Translations under genes and position numbers: made by a program | Shown here: positions 11,575-25,792 of the stretch, piece after piece | How the letters are laid out: each line of letters opens with the position of its first letter | Numbering within the stretch: position 1 is the first letter of the stretch | The notes under the pieces: model-generated | Told to the model about the DNA's origin: nothing | The model's database searches: none | Seen by the model: the letters and a program-made list of their open reading frames with translations, nothing else | Origin: Neocallimastix sp. 'constans' | Lineage: Eukaryota | NCBI GenBank assembly: GCA_050613775.1 | Contig: JBODTK010000105.1 | Coordinates: 310,001-374,000, forward strand | Direction of reading: 5' to 3' | DNA: 64,000 bases

Positions 11575-12520
11575 ATATCAAAATATAATAAAAATTATTA
11601 TTAAATATATCTATTAAAATCTTTTATTAATATCAAATATTATAAAAATTATTATTAAATATTCTTATTAAAACCTTTTATTAATATCAAATATAATAAA
11701 AATTATTATTAAATATTCTTATTAAAATCTTTTATTAATATCAAATATAATAAAAATTATTATTAAATATTCTTATTAAAATCTTTTATTAATATTAAGT
11801 TATTAAGTATAATAAAAATTATCAAATATTCCAATAAAAATCTTTTATTAATATCAAATATAATAAAAATTATTATTAAATATTCCAATTAAAATCTTTT
11901 ATTATTAAATATTCTTATTAAAATCTTTTATTATTAGATATTCTTATTAAAATCTTTTATTATTAAATATTCTTATTAAAATCTTTTATTAATATTAAAT
12001 ATAATAAAAATTATTATTATTAAAACCTTTTATTAATATATTAATATCAAATATAATAAAAATTATTATTAAATATATCTATTAAAATTTTTTATTAATA
12101 TCGAATATAATAAAAATTGTTATTAAATATATCTATTAAAACCTTTTATTAATATCAAATATAATAAAAACTATTATTAAATATATCTATTAAAACCTTT
12201 TATTAATATCAAATATAATAAAAATTATTATTAAATATATCTATTAAAATTTTTTATTAATATCGAATATAATAAAAATTATTATTAAATATATCTATTA
12301 AAACCTTTTATTAATATCAAATATAATAAAAATTATTATTAAATATATCTATTAAAACCTTTTATTAATATCAAATATAATAAAAATTATTATTAAATAT
12401 ATCTATTAAAATCTTTTATTAATATTAAATATAATAAAAATTATTATTAAATCCTATTATTAAAACTTTTTATTAATATCAAATATAATAAAAATTATTA
12501 TTAAATACTCTTATTAAAAA
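11575..12520. repeat. AT-rich minisatellite, about 54-bp unit
   Basis: Unit TATTAATATCAAATATAATAAAAATTATTATTAAATATATCTATTAAAACCTTT repeated about 17 times with truncated variants. Confidence 0.9.
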
Positions 12521-14548
12521 CTAAATATAATTTAAATCATTATTAAATCATATTTTTTTTATTAAATATAATAAAAACTATTTCAATAAATATTTGATAT
12601 AAAATACAGAATTATAAGTTTCTGTATAATATTTTCTAAACCTTAGAAATAAACTATGAGTAAAACAAAAATCAAAACTAAATTAAATTCTTATTAAAAT
12701 AAAAATGAATCAAAATACAGAAACTCTTCAATAACAAAAATGAACAAAAGTACAGAAAACATTAATTCTGTATAATTTTTTCTCTAAAGACAATATCAAG
12801 AAGAAGCTACCGCTGGGAACGCCCTTCGTGATACAACCTTCAAATTTAATTTTTATAGTTAATTTAATAAATGTTAATTTTTTTAACAATATAATATTAA
12901 AATTAATTTAAAATAATAGTAAAAAGTTAAAAATAAAATAGTTAGAATAGTTTTTCTTTAAAGAATATAGTAAAGATAAATAAAATGTATTAAAATAAAA
13001 GTATAAAATGAAGAATAAATTTCTTTCTTTTTAATACTGGGAACAAATAATTTTAAATTTAAATTTAAATAAAGAATATTTTAAAAATTAATTTTTGTTT
13101 CCAAATTTATTTTATCTTTATGTGTTAATATTTTTTTTTTATTTTGAATATCTTAGTGTTTCAACCCCAGCCCGTATCAACGTAATAAATAATGAAATTG
13201 ATAAATAAGAAATAATTATATTAAAAATTAAAATTATATTAATCAAAAATTTAAATAGTTAAATAAAAATAGAAATAACTAGAACAATATTTATAGTTTA
13301 ATAATTGTTCATGATACTAATTTAAATAACATATAATTATATTTTATAAGCAAGTTTTGTTTATGTGTTATTAAAAATTATTAATTGGAAAATTGATATG
13401 AAAAGAGAAATAAAATAATTAGTTTTAGAAACCGTTACTTATTGTTTTAATAGCTAAGTAATCATAAAATTAAATTATAATAAAATATTTAAAAAAATAA
13501 ATAATTAAACATGTATTAAAACAAATACTTAAATAAAATTATATAATAAACTAAAATATTTAAATACATAATATAATGTAATTATTATTATAAATATTAA
13601 AATCTAAATTATTATATATATAAGAAACGAGGACATATCACTTTCAGAACTCTATATTCTGAATTAAGATATATTCCTATACCTTTCATTTGATGGAGAA
13701 TACGAAATCTCTTAATTCTCTATTGCCTCTTTAGAGTCTATTCTTAAAGGCGGAGGAGGATAATTCCCTTTAATAAAATCGAATTATCAAATATTTCAAA
13801 AAAAAAAGATAAGCAATAATTAATTCATATAATTATTAAAATAATTAATAATAATATATAAAAATATTTACTAAATAATATATAATAATAGTATAAAATA
13901 ATATAAAATAATAATTATAAAAATATTATAATACAAAAAAAAATATTATCAATCAATATTATTTATAAAATAAATATTTAAAATATTGTAATCAATAAAT
14001 ATATAAAATAATTATGATAAAATAAAATTTCAAATAATAATTAATTTAAATTTTATAATATTAAACAATAACTAAATATAAAAATAATTATAAAATAAAT
14101 TTTTTAATGTATTAATAATGATATAAAATAATAAATTATAATTAATTAAAATATATAAAAGAATTATAATAATATAAATGCCAAAATACATAATGAAATT
14201 ATATATATCTATATATTATAATAATTATAATATATTATAAAATATTATATAATTATAATATATTACGAAAAATAAATAATTTATATTTAAAATAAATATT
14301 ATAATTAATAATTATATAAATAAAAATTATTATAATCCATTATAATAACAAAAATCTCATCGTCTATAATGAGTAAAAGTTAATAGAAAATCATATTATA
14401 CAGACTTTATAATTTTATGACTTTATATAAAGTTAATAAAATTTAAAGTTTAAAATCCAAATTAACTTCGTTAATTCTAGAAAGCTCCATAAAATATCTA
14501 ATTAAAGAATTAATCCAGATCATAAACTCAAAGAAAAACAAAAATAGA

Positions 14549-15513
14549 TGATATAAAACACAAATAAAAACTTTAATTATTAAATTATTATTTTATTAAT
14601 AATTACATAAAAATAGATTAATAAATCATTTGAAATACGTGATATAAACTAAATATTATTGAAAATAATGTGTTAAAACTAATGATATGCGGGACTTTTA
14701 TGTGCTACTAATTTTTAATAGTATCGTTATTTTTAAATAACCTTTATTAATATATTTTAATTTATAAACCCAATTAACTAAGAGTCTTCTCTAAATTACA
14801 ATAAAGAGGAGTAGTTATTAGAAATCTTTATAATAATTTAACAAATATTAATAATAATAAATATACATTTAAAATATAATATATCGGAGTATAATATAAT
14901 ATATAATAAACATATATTAAAAATAATAAATATAATAAATATTATCTATATAATTCTTAAAATGAAGATAAGAATAATAAAGTTAAATATATAAGAATAT
15001 AATTATATAATTAATATGAATATAATAAATAATATCAACTAAATATATATTTAATTATAATTAAAATAACTAAAACTATTTCATTATATTATAATATATA
15101 GAAGTATTATGTATTTTTAATATAAACTTTAAAATAAATATGAATATTTAAGTTATATATATATAATAATATACTTATTATATATATTTAGAAGAAATTA
15201 ACTATTTAATTTAATATATTTAATATATTTCATATTTTAATGAATAATATATATAAATATTGAATAATATATGAATAAGAAATTATTTCAAATATTATTA
15301 TTGACAAAAGGGATATAAATTTAATATTTAATAATTATTATTAAATATTCAAATATGTTGCTACACATATTTATTTTATATCACTAAAATTATGTAAAGA
15401 CATAAAATTATGCAAGAGCATAAAAATTAATGTAACATAAAATTTAAACTAAAATTATGTAAAGACATAAAATTATGCAAGAGCATAAAAATTAATGTAA
15501 ACATAAAATTTAT
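14549..15513 (+). mobile_element. Truncated LTR of the TGATATAAAAC family, interrupted by a solo LTR and cut by a MULE
   Basis: 14549-14682 and 15384-15513 are colinear with 48763-48960. An internal tandem duplication of about 64 bp lies at 15385-15512. Confidence 0.8.
14683..15383. mobile_element. Solo LTR (TGATATGCGGGAC family)
   Basis: TGATAT...ATATCA termini, 4-bp TSD CTAA. Related copies at 2340 and 55090-55121. Confidence 0.85.
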
Positions 15514-15828
15514 GAGTGTGTGGCATTTTGCAAAATTTCATTTCGCAAAAGTTTCATTTCGGAAAAGTGTCATTTCGCAAAATTTTAATAAATAGAAAAA
15601 TAAATAATAAAATAAATAAATAAAAAATTTATTTTAATATATAAAAAAAAAATTATAAATTATAAATAATTAAAAATATTTAACAAAATGGAAGAGCTAA
15701 AAATAGTTATTAGTGAAACTAATAGAGGAAAAGAACAAATAATTATTAATAAAAAATATAAATATAATTATTCCTACACTAAAAAGAATAAATCAAAGGT
15801 ATATAGATGTACCGAATATAAAACATTG
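15514..15828 (+). mobile_element. 5' end of a MULE: TIR plus N-terminus of a transposase (FLYWCH-like), truncated
   Basis: Terminal CATTTCGCAAAA repeats resemble those of the 6822 MITE. ORF from 15688 reads MEELKIVISETNRGKEQIIINKKYKY...YRCTEYK and is cut by gypsy integrase sequence. Confidence 0.7.
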
Positions 15829-18800
15829 AATAGAAGCATTTTGGCCGTCAGATCAGCGGAGGAAACATCAGAACAAGGGACAAGGTGAATCATTTTGGTC
15901 AGATGGTCAGCTACAACCATTAAACATGTACAATCTTGCGAGCTGGGAAGTGAAGTGATAAAGTCAACGCCAATTATTTCCCAAGGTCTACTGGGAACCG
16001 GTAAAGGTTGTATTTTACCATATGGTTTGTGTTTTCGGAGCTTATTTCTTCCACAAACATCGCATGAGGATATGTAATTCTTGATATCTTTTTTCATATT
16101 TGGCCACCAATAATTTCTTTTTAATTTTTCAAAAGTTTTATCTACTCCTTGGTGACCATTAGTTGGACCATCATGATACATTTTCAATACCTTGGACTTG
16201 AGTGAAGAAGGGACAATTATTCGGTTCTGAAAATGCAGAACCCCTTCGACGATGGTAAAAAGGGAACTTTTTACTTCAATTGATCTTGTTTTAATTTTAT
16301 TGAGTGTATCCTTACAGTATGTGTCAGACTTCTGAGCTTCAATTAAGGCTTTTAAGTTGTCAGAAGGTGCACAACAAAATATCTCTTCATCTAACAGAGG
16401 ATAACCTTCATTGGTCGAATCCTTGTTGACGTAATCAGGGCGTCTTGATAAAGAGTCAGGTTTACCACTCTTAATACCGGAGCTAAATGAAATCCTATAA
16501 GTGAACTTTGAGAGAAAGAAACTCCATCTAATTTGTCTTTGGTTTAATTTTTGGGGTTGCTTAAAATATAACAGATTTCTGTGGTCTGTGACTACTTGTA
16601 CTGGAAATTTAGCACCTTCTGGGTGATTGCGCCAGGTTTCAAAAGCTACGATTATTGCAAGTAATTCCTTGTCATAAATGGTATAATTGATTTCAGCAGA
16701 AGACAAGGACCTAGAGTAGAAAGCAACCGGATGGAGTTTATTGTCTTTGTTACTAATTTGAGATAAAACACAACCAACAGCGAAATTGCTAGTGTCCGTT
16801 TCTACAAAGAATTCTTTCTCTGGATCTGGATAAACTAGGATTTCTTCCGTCGTAAAAGCTTCTTTGAGTTTGTTGAAAGCATTGTCTGCCCTAACATCCC
16901 AAATGAAGGAAGAGTTCTTCTTCAAAAGCCGACGGAGAGGTTCAATGATCTCGGCAAATTATTTATAAACTTCCTATAGAAGTTAGAAAGTCCTAGAAAC
17001 CCTTGGAGTTCTTTAATATTTTTTGGGATAGGCCAGTCTATAACAGCTTTAACCTTATTCCTGTCCATTGAAAGACCATTTATAGACACCACAAACCCTA
17101 AAAAAATAGTTTCTTTAACATGAAAATCACATTTTTCCAATTTCACGTAAAGGCCATTTTTAATTAGAAGCGACAATATTTTATGAACATGTTGAATATG
17201 TTCGTCCAAACTTTTTGAATAAATTATTATATCATCCAAGTATACTTGAACAAATATGCCAATTGCATTAGATAAAACATCCTGGATGAATCTTTGAAAC
17301 ACCGAGGGGGGCATTTCTTAGGCCAAAGGGCATTACTAGGTATTCAAATTGGCCTAAAGGTGTTCTAAAAGCAGTTAAATATTCATGACCTTCTTTAACG
17401 CGGACAAGGTTATACGCAGATCGAAGGTCCAAACGAGTGAATATTACTGCCCCCTTAAAAGATTCAATCAAGTCAACCAATCTTGGAATAGTGTAGCTAT
17501 TCCTAATTGTAATAGAATTTAATTTCATATAGTCAACGCAGAGTCGTAAGCTTTCATCTTGTTTTTTTACAAACAGGACAGGGGCACCAACAGGTGATTT
17601 TGACTTCCTTATAAACCCCTTATCTAAATTTTCTTTTATATAGTTTTTAAGAGCTTCCATTTCGACTATGGTAAGAGAGTACACGGGTCCATAATATAAT
17701 TGACCACCAGGGACTAGGTCAATTGATATATCATATTCACGATGTGGAGGCAATTTGTCTGCCTCTTTCTTTTCAAATACAATTTTCAAATCTTGATAGT
17801 ATATGTTGATAATTTCATCTTTATCAGTTCCATTTACTAAAGCGGCGCAAATATCTATATCAAAAAAGTTCGTCACCAGATATTGAGTATGTTTCTGTTT
17901 TAACTTTTGATACATTGTTGTTTTCGTTGTTTGGCAAAATTGCAGCAGTAACATCTTTAGAGTGAAAAATGAATTTATTCCCTTTTGCTGAAGGGCAGTG
18001 ATTTCCGCAGTGGTTCTCTAAAAAGTAAATCTTGTTATTTTTGAAATCTACGTATGGCATATGAATACTCAACCAATCTCTTCCAAGGATGGCTGATATT
18101 CCCTGAAGTTGTAAGGTAGCTACGTAGAATTCATAGCTTTCCTTGTGGTCCATGAAGGCAAGGTCTAATTTCTTCATTACTTGTCTTATATTCATACTTT
18201 TGTTGTTCGGTAACTGAATGTTCAATGGTGAAGACAAGGTAGATATTTGAATTCTGTTGGCGTTTACAAAGTCTCTACAGATGTAACTTCTTACAGAACC
18301 AGAATCAATAAGATGTTTATTTTCATTTTTTTTCCATTATTATTTAATATTAATGTAGTGGTCATTGAATTTGAGGTGTTTGGTGTATAGTTATCCGAAA
18401 GGATGCTTTCTTTGTTTTGATTTTTTCTGAATTTCTTGTGTACTTTGTTCTTGAATTCCTGTTTTGGATACTCATCTCTTTTTCTTTTTTGCGACTTGTT
18501 GGTTGACTTATTTGTTTTTGCTAGGTTGTTAATATAACATTTTTTATCGATGCTGATGATTGAATTTGTTTCTTAAAAAAGGGTCTTTGGTCTTTCGATT
18601 TTATCGAACTCCAGACGAACCTCCTCAAGAAGGCCTCTCCGGATAAGGTCAATAAAAACATCGTCGTTCCAACCAATTCTTGACGCTAATCTTCTGAATT
18701 CAATAGTAAAGAAAGCTGCCTTTCCGAGGTGAAGCTGTTTAAGGTTCAAAAGTTCTTAAATTAAAACAAACCTTTGTTACTTTGTATCTCCAAAATTTTC

Positions 18801-19135
18801 TAACAATAACCTCTTAAATTCCTCATAGGTGAAAGAATTAAGTGTTCCATCAGCCTTGAGAGATAATCCCCATTTTTTAGCTGGTCCATAAAGTTTGCTG
18901 ATAAGCTGATAGCGAAAGCGTTTCTAAAGTCGTCACTTGGGAACGAATTGGCATGTTCATCAAAGAACAATTCACACTGTTCCGTTAGTTCGTTTAGATT
19001 AAGCTTTGTGTTGTCTTCATTGCGGTCCAACACACCGTTAGGTGAAAAAAAAAGTGGGAATAAATTCGGTAATTGCAGAAATTAATTTTGACGCTTCAGC
19101 TTCCTTAGTAGCTTCCACACTGATTGAATTCATTA
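15826..19135 (-). mobile_element. Ty3/gypsy (Tf1/chromovirus-like) gag-pol, degenerate, both LTRs missing
   Basis: Protease LIDSGS, RT LPPHREYD / MPFGL / YLDD, RNase H ETDTSNFAVG / DKELLA, integrase HHCC and GVDFIT, truncated in the integrase core. Confidence 0.95.
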
Positions 19136-19164
19136 AAATACTAAATAGACTTTTTTAATATAAT

Positions 19165-19255
19165 AGATCTTTTAAATATCTTTAATATATCTTTAATATA
19201 TCTTGATATATCTTTAAAATATCTTTAAAATATCTTTAAAATATCTTTAAAATAT
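19165..19255. repeat. Short 11-12 bp tandem repeat (ATATCTTTAAA) in the retroelement leader
   Basis: About 7 imperfect copies. Confidence 0.8.
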
Positions 19256-19388
19256 GTATATATTTGTTAAATATAAATTATTTATATTAATAATAAAAAT
19301 TTATAACTTCGGAGTCTAGAAGAACACTTCCTATATTTTAACAAAAATGAGTATTTCCGACCAATTTTCCAGAAGCCCCTGAGTTTGA

Positions 19389-22300
19389 GTGATAGTATAC
19401 GAGCTCACGGCTATGTTGTACTTTATCGAGGTCCACTTGCAAGGAACTGCTAAGAAGTGGTACCAGATGGATGAAGTGTTCAAGCAACGGGATGACCCAC
19501 AACCTCAAAGGTTAATGGACAGATTGCTAAAGGAATTCAAAAGCGAAAGAACCTTAGAAGAGGTGAAAACTGCAATGTTAAAACTCAAGCATGAATGGGT
19601 TAAAGCCTATGAATACCTCTCCGAGTTTAACAGGCTAAGCAGAATTCTTCAGCTATCGGATGAAACTAAAAGGTTGCTGCTAGTACAACAAGTTAGACCC
19701 TCGGTTCGAGAGGCCTTTTACGACCTGCCTGCAGAAAAGCAAACCTTAGAAGATTATGTAACTTGTTTAAGGAGATGTGATACATTCCCCGCGGATTACA
19801 AGGATGACCACCTAGAGAGATATGAATATAACCGCGAGAAGAAGATAGCCATCATGGCATTACTAGGAATGATAGATCCGCGAAGACCCTCCAAGGATAT
19901 CGAAGCCAAGAGAAGGAGGAACAGCGACAATCACCGAGGAGATAAAAGAGATTATAGTAGGAAGGAGCCTACCAAACAAAATAATTACGATAAGAATAAG
20001 AAAGATGGTTATAACCACAACGATGGTAAAGATTTCAGTACGAGACCAAGCGAGAAACAAAATTATTTTAAGGACTCACGTACCAGTAGTAACAATCCGA
20101 TTCCCAAGACAGTACTCCTGATGCAAGATGGGTCTGAGTACGAAGAGTTTGTGCCAGAAGCCAAAATAAGTAATCTTCGTACCAAAGAGGGGCTCCAAGA
20201 TTTAAACGTGCTGTACGATACCGGATCACAGATCAACATGATCCATCCGCAGTTGGCTAAAGAGATAGGACTCAAGACAGAAAACCGTCCCTTAACGTTT
20301 ACTACTGCCGCTGGTAAAGTGTTGATACCACAGGTTACCGAAGAGTTCAAGATCAAGATTAAGCTGGTCGAGGAGCATACTGGTAAAGTCAAATGGTATG
20401 ACTTTAACACAAGATGTAGGCTAGCTGAGGCTATGCCAAGGACAATTATTCTGAGTTCAAGGTTCATGGATAGACACCTGATTTATAGAAAGATTGACGT
20501 CCATGACAAGCAATCTAAAGTTTACAAGATAGATGGCGAAAAGCCGGGGTTACCAGATGTAGATTCACTAGGAGAATGTGAAGGTGAAAGTATCTACATG
20601 GTACAGGAATTTAGAAGATAAAGAACCAGCTGTACAAAGGGAGATTCAACCCACAGCGAGAAATACCAAGATAATACAACAGTTTATAGATAACTAAAGA
20701 TTAAAGGACACGGTATACGATTTAACAAGCAATTTTACCGTGAGAGAGGAATTGAATATACTACGGACTATTATGATTACTTAATAAATTACGACAAATG
20801 GGCGGATTGGTTCAAGGCACAGAAAAGTAAAAATCTAAAAGAGAATAAAATAGATAAAAACCCTACGGAAAATGTTGCCACAAAGTGTAGCTAGGAAAAA
20901 GATAATTTAGCCATGATTATACAAGAGGATTCGGTAGCTGAAACAATTAAGAAAGTGGAGCTAGAGAAGCTGTTATCTATTGGCAAGATTATAGACAAGT
21001 ATTATAGAGACTTAACCTAAGCCTTCAATGAAGAAATCGCTGAAACGCTACCAGATGATTGCAAAATCGAGCCAGAGCCTGACGCACCACTGTACAAAGG
21101 AGCTATATATCCAACAAGTCCTAGAGAAGAAAAAGCGCTATAATAATATATTGATGAAAACTTAACCAAAGGGTTTATAAGACGTTCAGAATCTCCAGCA
21201 GGTTACCCTGTATTGTTCGTGCCCAAAAAGTCTGGCGAGTTGCGACTTTGCATGGATTATCGTATATTGAACCAATGGACCAAACGTAATGCCTATCTTA
21301 TCCCAAGAATTAGTGCAGTTTTCGAAGCTATGAAAGGAGCAGTAGTGTTCTCAAAGTTCGACCTTAAATCTACCTACAACTTGGTACGAATTCGAGAAGG
21401 TGACGAATATAAGACAGCCTTCAACACCAAGTATGGACACTTCGAGCATTTGGTGATGCCTTTTGGTTTAACCAATACACCAGCGGTGTTCCAAAGCTTC
21501 GTGAATGATGTCTTCAGCGAGGACATCGGGAAGTACTGTCAAGTCTACCTAGATGACATTGTAGTGTATTCAAAAACACTTGAGGAACATGTTCGAACCA
21601 TACTAAAGAAACTGATTAAGCATAAGCTTGTAACAAAAATGTCTAAGTGTGAATTGCACAAGCTCAAGATTTCATTTTTAGGCCATGTGGTCAGTAAAGA
21701 TGGTGTAGAAACTGACCAAGAGAAGATAAAGGCTGTGGCAGAATGGCCACAACCCGAAAATGTTAAGCAGATGCAAAGCTTTCTAGGCTTTTGCAATTAC
21801 TACCGAAATTTTATAAGAAACTTTTCAGAAATAGCCAAGCCGCTATTTAAGATGACTTCTAAGAAAGAGAATTTTGAATGGAATGAAGAAGGGTTGGATG
21901 CGTTTCACAAGTTGAAGGAGATGCTTACCTCTCCGCCAGTGCTAGCTTACCCTGACCATGAAAAACAGTTCTTCGTTGAATGTGATGCTAGTAATTACGC
22001 GATAGGAGGTATGTTATCACAAAAAGGAGACGATGGTACTCTTTATTCTATATACTATTATTCAAAGACACTCAGCAAGGCTGAAGTGAATTATTCGATT
22101 ACGGAGAAAGAATTATTAGCCATTAAGACTGCGTTTACAGAATAGCGACACTTGCTTCAAGGTGCGAAGCATAAGATTATCGTTTATAGTGACCACAGAA
22201 ATCTGTTGTTCTCTACAAAACCACAGCTACTAATTCCTATGCAAATTAGATGGCATGAACCTATTCGCCACATACTGGTTCGAAATAGTATACAGACCTG

Positions 22301-24440
22301 GGAAAAAGAATGGTAAAGCTGATGCCCTCTCAAGAGTAGAAACAGAGAAAACTGAGGGTAAAGAATTCGATAAAGATAGCCTATTAAAACCCGAACAATT
22401 GGTAGGATTCGATGATGTAGATGGAGAGGCTAGTTATTTAGCCTTAGCTACCAATTTATGGACGATATTAAGCAGGCCTACAGACAGGATAAAATGGCCC
22501 AAGAGATAATTAAAGATTTAGTAGAAGATACCAGAAACAACTACAACAAGAAGCATTGGCTAGAAGTAGATGGCCTTCTGGTTAGAAAAGAAAACGATTA
22601 TTCAATTGAACCATGACTCGGAGTACGCAGGTCACTTGGGAATTGACAAGACTTCGGACCTAGTATCTAGGAACTTCTACTGGCCGAAGGCCGAAGACGA
22701 GGAAAGATATTTCAGGCTATGTCAAAGCTTGTAAATCCTGTGCTACCAAGAAGGATGATAGACACAAAGAATATGGTACTGCAGTTAGAGTTCCAGTTGC
22801 AGAATTACCCTGGCAAGAGGTACAATTAGATTTTATAACAGATCTGCCAGTGAAATGTAGGACAAGAACAGAAGATGGTTACATTTGGGAAACAAAGAGA
22901 GCAGGTTGTATCTTAGTGTGCTGTGACAAATTAACCAAGATGATACACCTGATAGGATTTAAGCATGTGCCCAATGCTAATGAGACTGCTAACGCTTTCC
23001 TAAGAGAAATTTACAGGTTGCACGGATTCCCTAAGGTGGTTATGACTGACCGAGGGGTTCAGTTTACAAGCCAAGTATGGAAGGAGCTACTGGAGTTCTT
23101 CGGAATTGAAATAAAGTATGCTACCACTAGTCACCATGAAACGATAAGCCAAGTCGAAAAGAACAATGCCTACGTAGAAACTTATTTACAGTTCTTTGTG
23201 GGAACCTATGATGATGAGAGCTGGATGGAATACTTGTTCTTAGCAGAGTTCTGCTATAACAACTCAATCCACGCTTCCACCCAACAATCTCCTTTCCTTA
23301 CCTTGTATAACTACCAGGTACATAACTCCCCAAAGACAGCCGACTTGGTGAATTCTTTAGGAGAAGCTAAAATGATTGATAGCTTTGCTCACAACCTGGG
23401 AAACCTTAAGCACATATTGGAAATCGCACAGACTAGATACCTGGATAATATGGACAAGACTCGTACGGACAAGTACCCCAGGTATAGGCTGCTCGACAAG
23501 GTATGGCTAAGAAAGCCAGAAAATTATGATGCGTTGACGTTCTATAAGTTAGCCACAAGGAAGTTTGGACCATTCAAGGTAATTGGCGTCTACGAGGAAA
23601 AGAAGAACTACAAGCTGGATATTAGTCGTTTGCCATTCCCAAACATGTATCCAGTGTTCCATGTGAGCGAATTGGAACCATACTACAAACTTCCCAAGAA
23701 ATTAGTACCAGCTCCCAGAGGAAGCCAAAAGATAATTCATATCCTTGGATCTAGGAAGCACCAAGAACAGTACCAGTATCTGGTTGCGCACCAGAATGAT
23801 AAACAAGAGTGGGTTAACGCCGACGTGATCGACAACAATCCTCACTACGCAGAATTGCTGGAGGACTACCAAGATTTTAGCTACAGCCAGTTCATTGCTA
23901 ATGTCGTCAACCATTAGTAGCTTACTCCTTGGGAGAGGCCTTGTAACAGATACATGGTAACTCCAAGCCTATCCAATGATAGGCCTTTGGTTACGTAACG
24001 TATCTTTAAACAGTTAGCAATTTGGGCTAATCAAATAAAATCTTTTAATAATTTCGTACATTAAATTTTATTATTTTATAGTTAATTATATAGTTAAATA
24101 CTTAGTTAAATATATTTTTATTTAGTGATTAGTAAACTAAGTTAAATTAAATTATTTACCAATCATAAAATTATTGACATGCATAAATAATAATTGAACT
24201 TGTAACTGTAACGCACTAGCGTTATTATTAACGTAAATTGTTATTATAAATATTAATATTAATAAATAAAAATATAATTATTAAAATAAATATAGTTACC
24301 CTGTGTAAGCCCAGTAACTAATAACAGATAGAGTTATAAAGTACTGCGCTATATTCTAGTGTAATAAAATAGATAATTATAAATATAATTAATTTTAGTG
24401 TTTATTATTAACAACTCGAATAGAGAGGTGTTAATAATAA
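19389..24440 (+). mobile_element. Ty3/gypsy element, relatively GC-rich: gag-protease, RT, RNase H, integrase with chromodomain-like tail, 3' LTR from 23942 (truncated about 24440)
   Basis: VLYDTGS, MPFGL, YLDD, ECDASNYAIG, TDRGVQFTS, GPFKV, PVFHVSELEPY, C-terminal ILGSRKH..YQYLV..EWV. PPT GGGAGAGG is followed by TGTAACAG. Stops and frameshifts. Confidence 0.95.
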
Positions 24441-25342
24441 ACTGGTAAAGAACGAACATATAATAGATTATTAATTAGAATTTCAACTTACTTTAGAATC
24501 CATTATATTGTTCTTTACTTAATATTACTTTACTATATTTTCTATACTAAAATATTTTATAAAAATAATTTTTTTTATATTTTTATTAAAAGTTACTAAA
24601 ATATTATCAATAATTCTATATTTTTATTATTAATATCAATATCTATAATTTAACCTTAAATTTTATTATTTTATTAAAGTGTTTATAATCAATATTAATA
24701 TTTTATTTTTATTTTCAAATATATTATTATATTATTACTATATTGTATCAATATTAAAATTGTATTCTTTATAGTATTTTATTTTATTTTTTTAAATTGA
24801 TTATTTAATATTTTTATTCCCCACAAATAAAATCAAATCTTAATTGATTAATAATAAATATTAAATATATTATAGTTTTTAAATTTATTTTATATAAAAT
24901 ATAAGAATATTATATTAATATTCTTGATTGAAATAACTTTATTTTTTGTAAAATCTTTTTAAATTATGTTTGTTTCTTTTCGTATATATTAAATAATTTA
25001 GTTTTAGTATATGAAAAATAATATAAAATTATATAAACAAAATTTATTAAAATAAAAATACTTATGAATTAGTTAATTTAAATTAATATAAATTTGAAGT
25101 AATTAGTAATAGTAAATTATTTTTTTTTAAATATTATGATAAAATGTAGAAAGGCTTTACATATTTATTTTTTTCAAAAAGTATAAATAAGTAAAGTTTT
25201 TCAATAATTAAAATGTAGACAGAAAAAAATAAAAAAATTAAATAATTAATTAAAATTTCTAATAAAACCCGAACCATAACATAAATTATGGTGGAGATAT
25301 CGGGGAATATTAGAAAAATAAAAATTAATATTATTGATATAA

Positions 25343-25533
25343 TTATTTAACAAAGCCTTGGATATACAGGGCTAAGTTTAACCTACATAGTAATTGGGCT
25401 AGTAGGCTCTGGACTGCTGTATTTTATATTGAATACAGTAGCCGTGGTACCGGCGTGGCATGACGCCGTGAAAAGGCAAGTTGCACGTCAGACAGGGTAT
25501 ACTATCAGATTATCCATAAGTTTTGTTAAATAA
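25343..25533 (+). ncRNA. GC-rich, potentially structured RNA segment followed by (TAA)n and A41 (25592-25632)
   Basis: Closing stem TTATTTAACAAAG..TGGATA / TATCCA..TTTTGTTAAATAA. Internal hairpins CCTAC/GTAGG, CTGCTGTATT/AATACAGTAG, GGCGT/ACGCC and TGACG/CGTCA. Confidence 0.45.
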
Positions 25534-25587
25534 TAATAATTAATTTAATAATAATAATAATAATAAAAAATTATAATAAAAAAAAAT

Positions 25588-25634
<47 letters not shown>

Positions 25635-25792
25635 TGGGAAAACTTTAATTTTTGTAGTAACTTTATTTAATTAGATTATAAATAAAAAAAATAAAATAAT
25701 AAAAATAAAATAATATAAATAAAAATAAAAACAAAGATATCTTCTTTTTTAATACATATATTATTCTATATATTTTAAGATAAAGGAAAAAA

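Noticed and set aside
11575..12520. Possible CRISPR-like array
   Set aside because: Contiguous AT-rich tandem units, no unique spacers, no cas genes.
15688..15888. Intact 66-aa gene
   Set aside because: Chimeric: a MULE transposase N-terminus reading into antisense gypsy integrase.
25440..25520. Hammerhead ribozyme on the minus strand (CTGATAG)
   Set aside because: No CUGANGA/GAAA core with compatible stems could be built.
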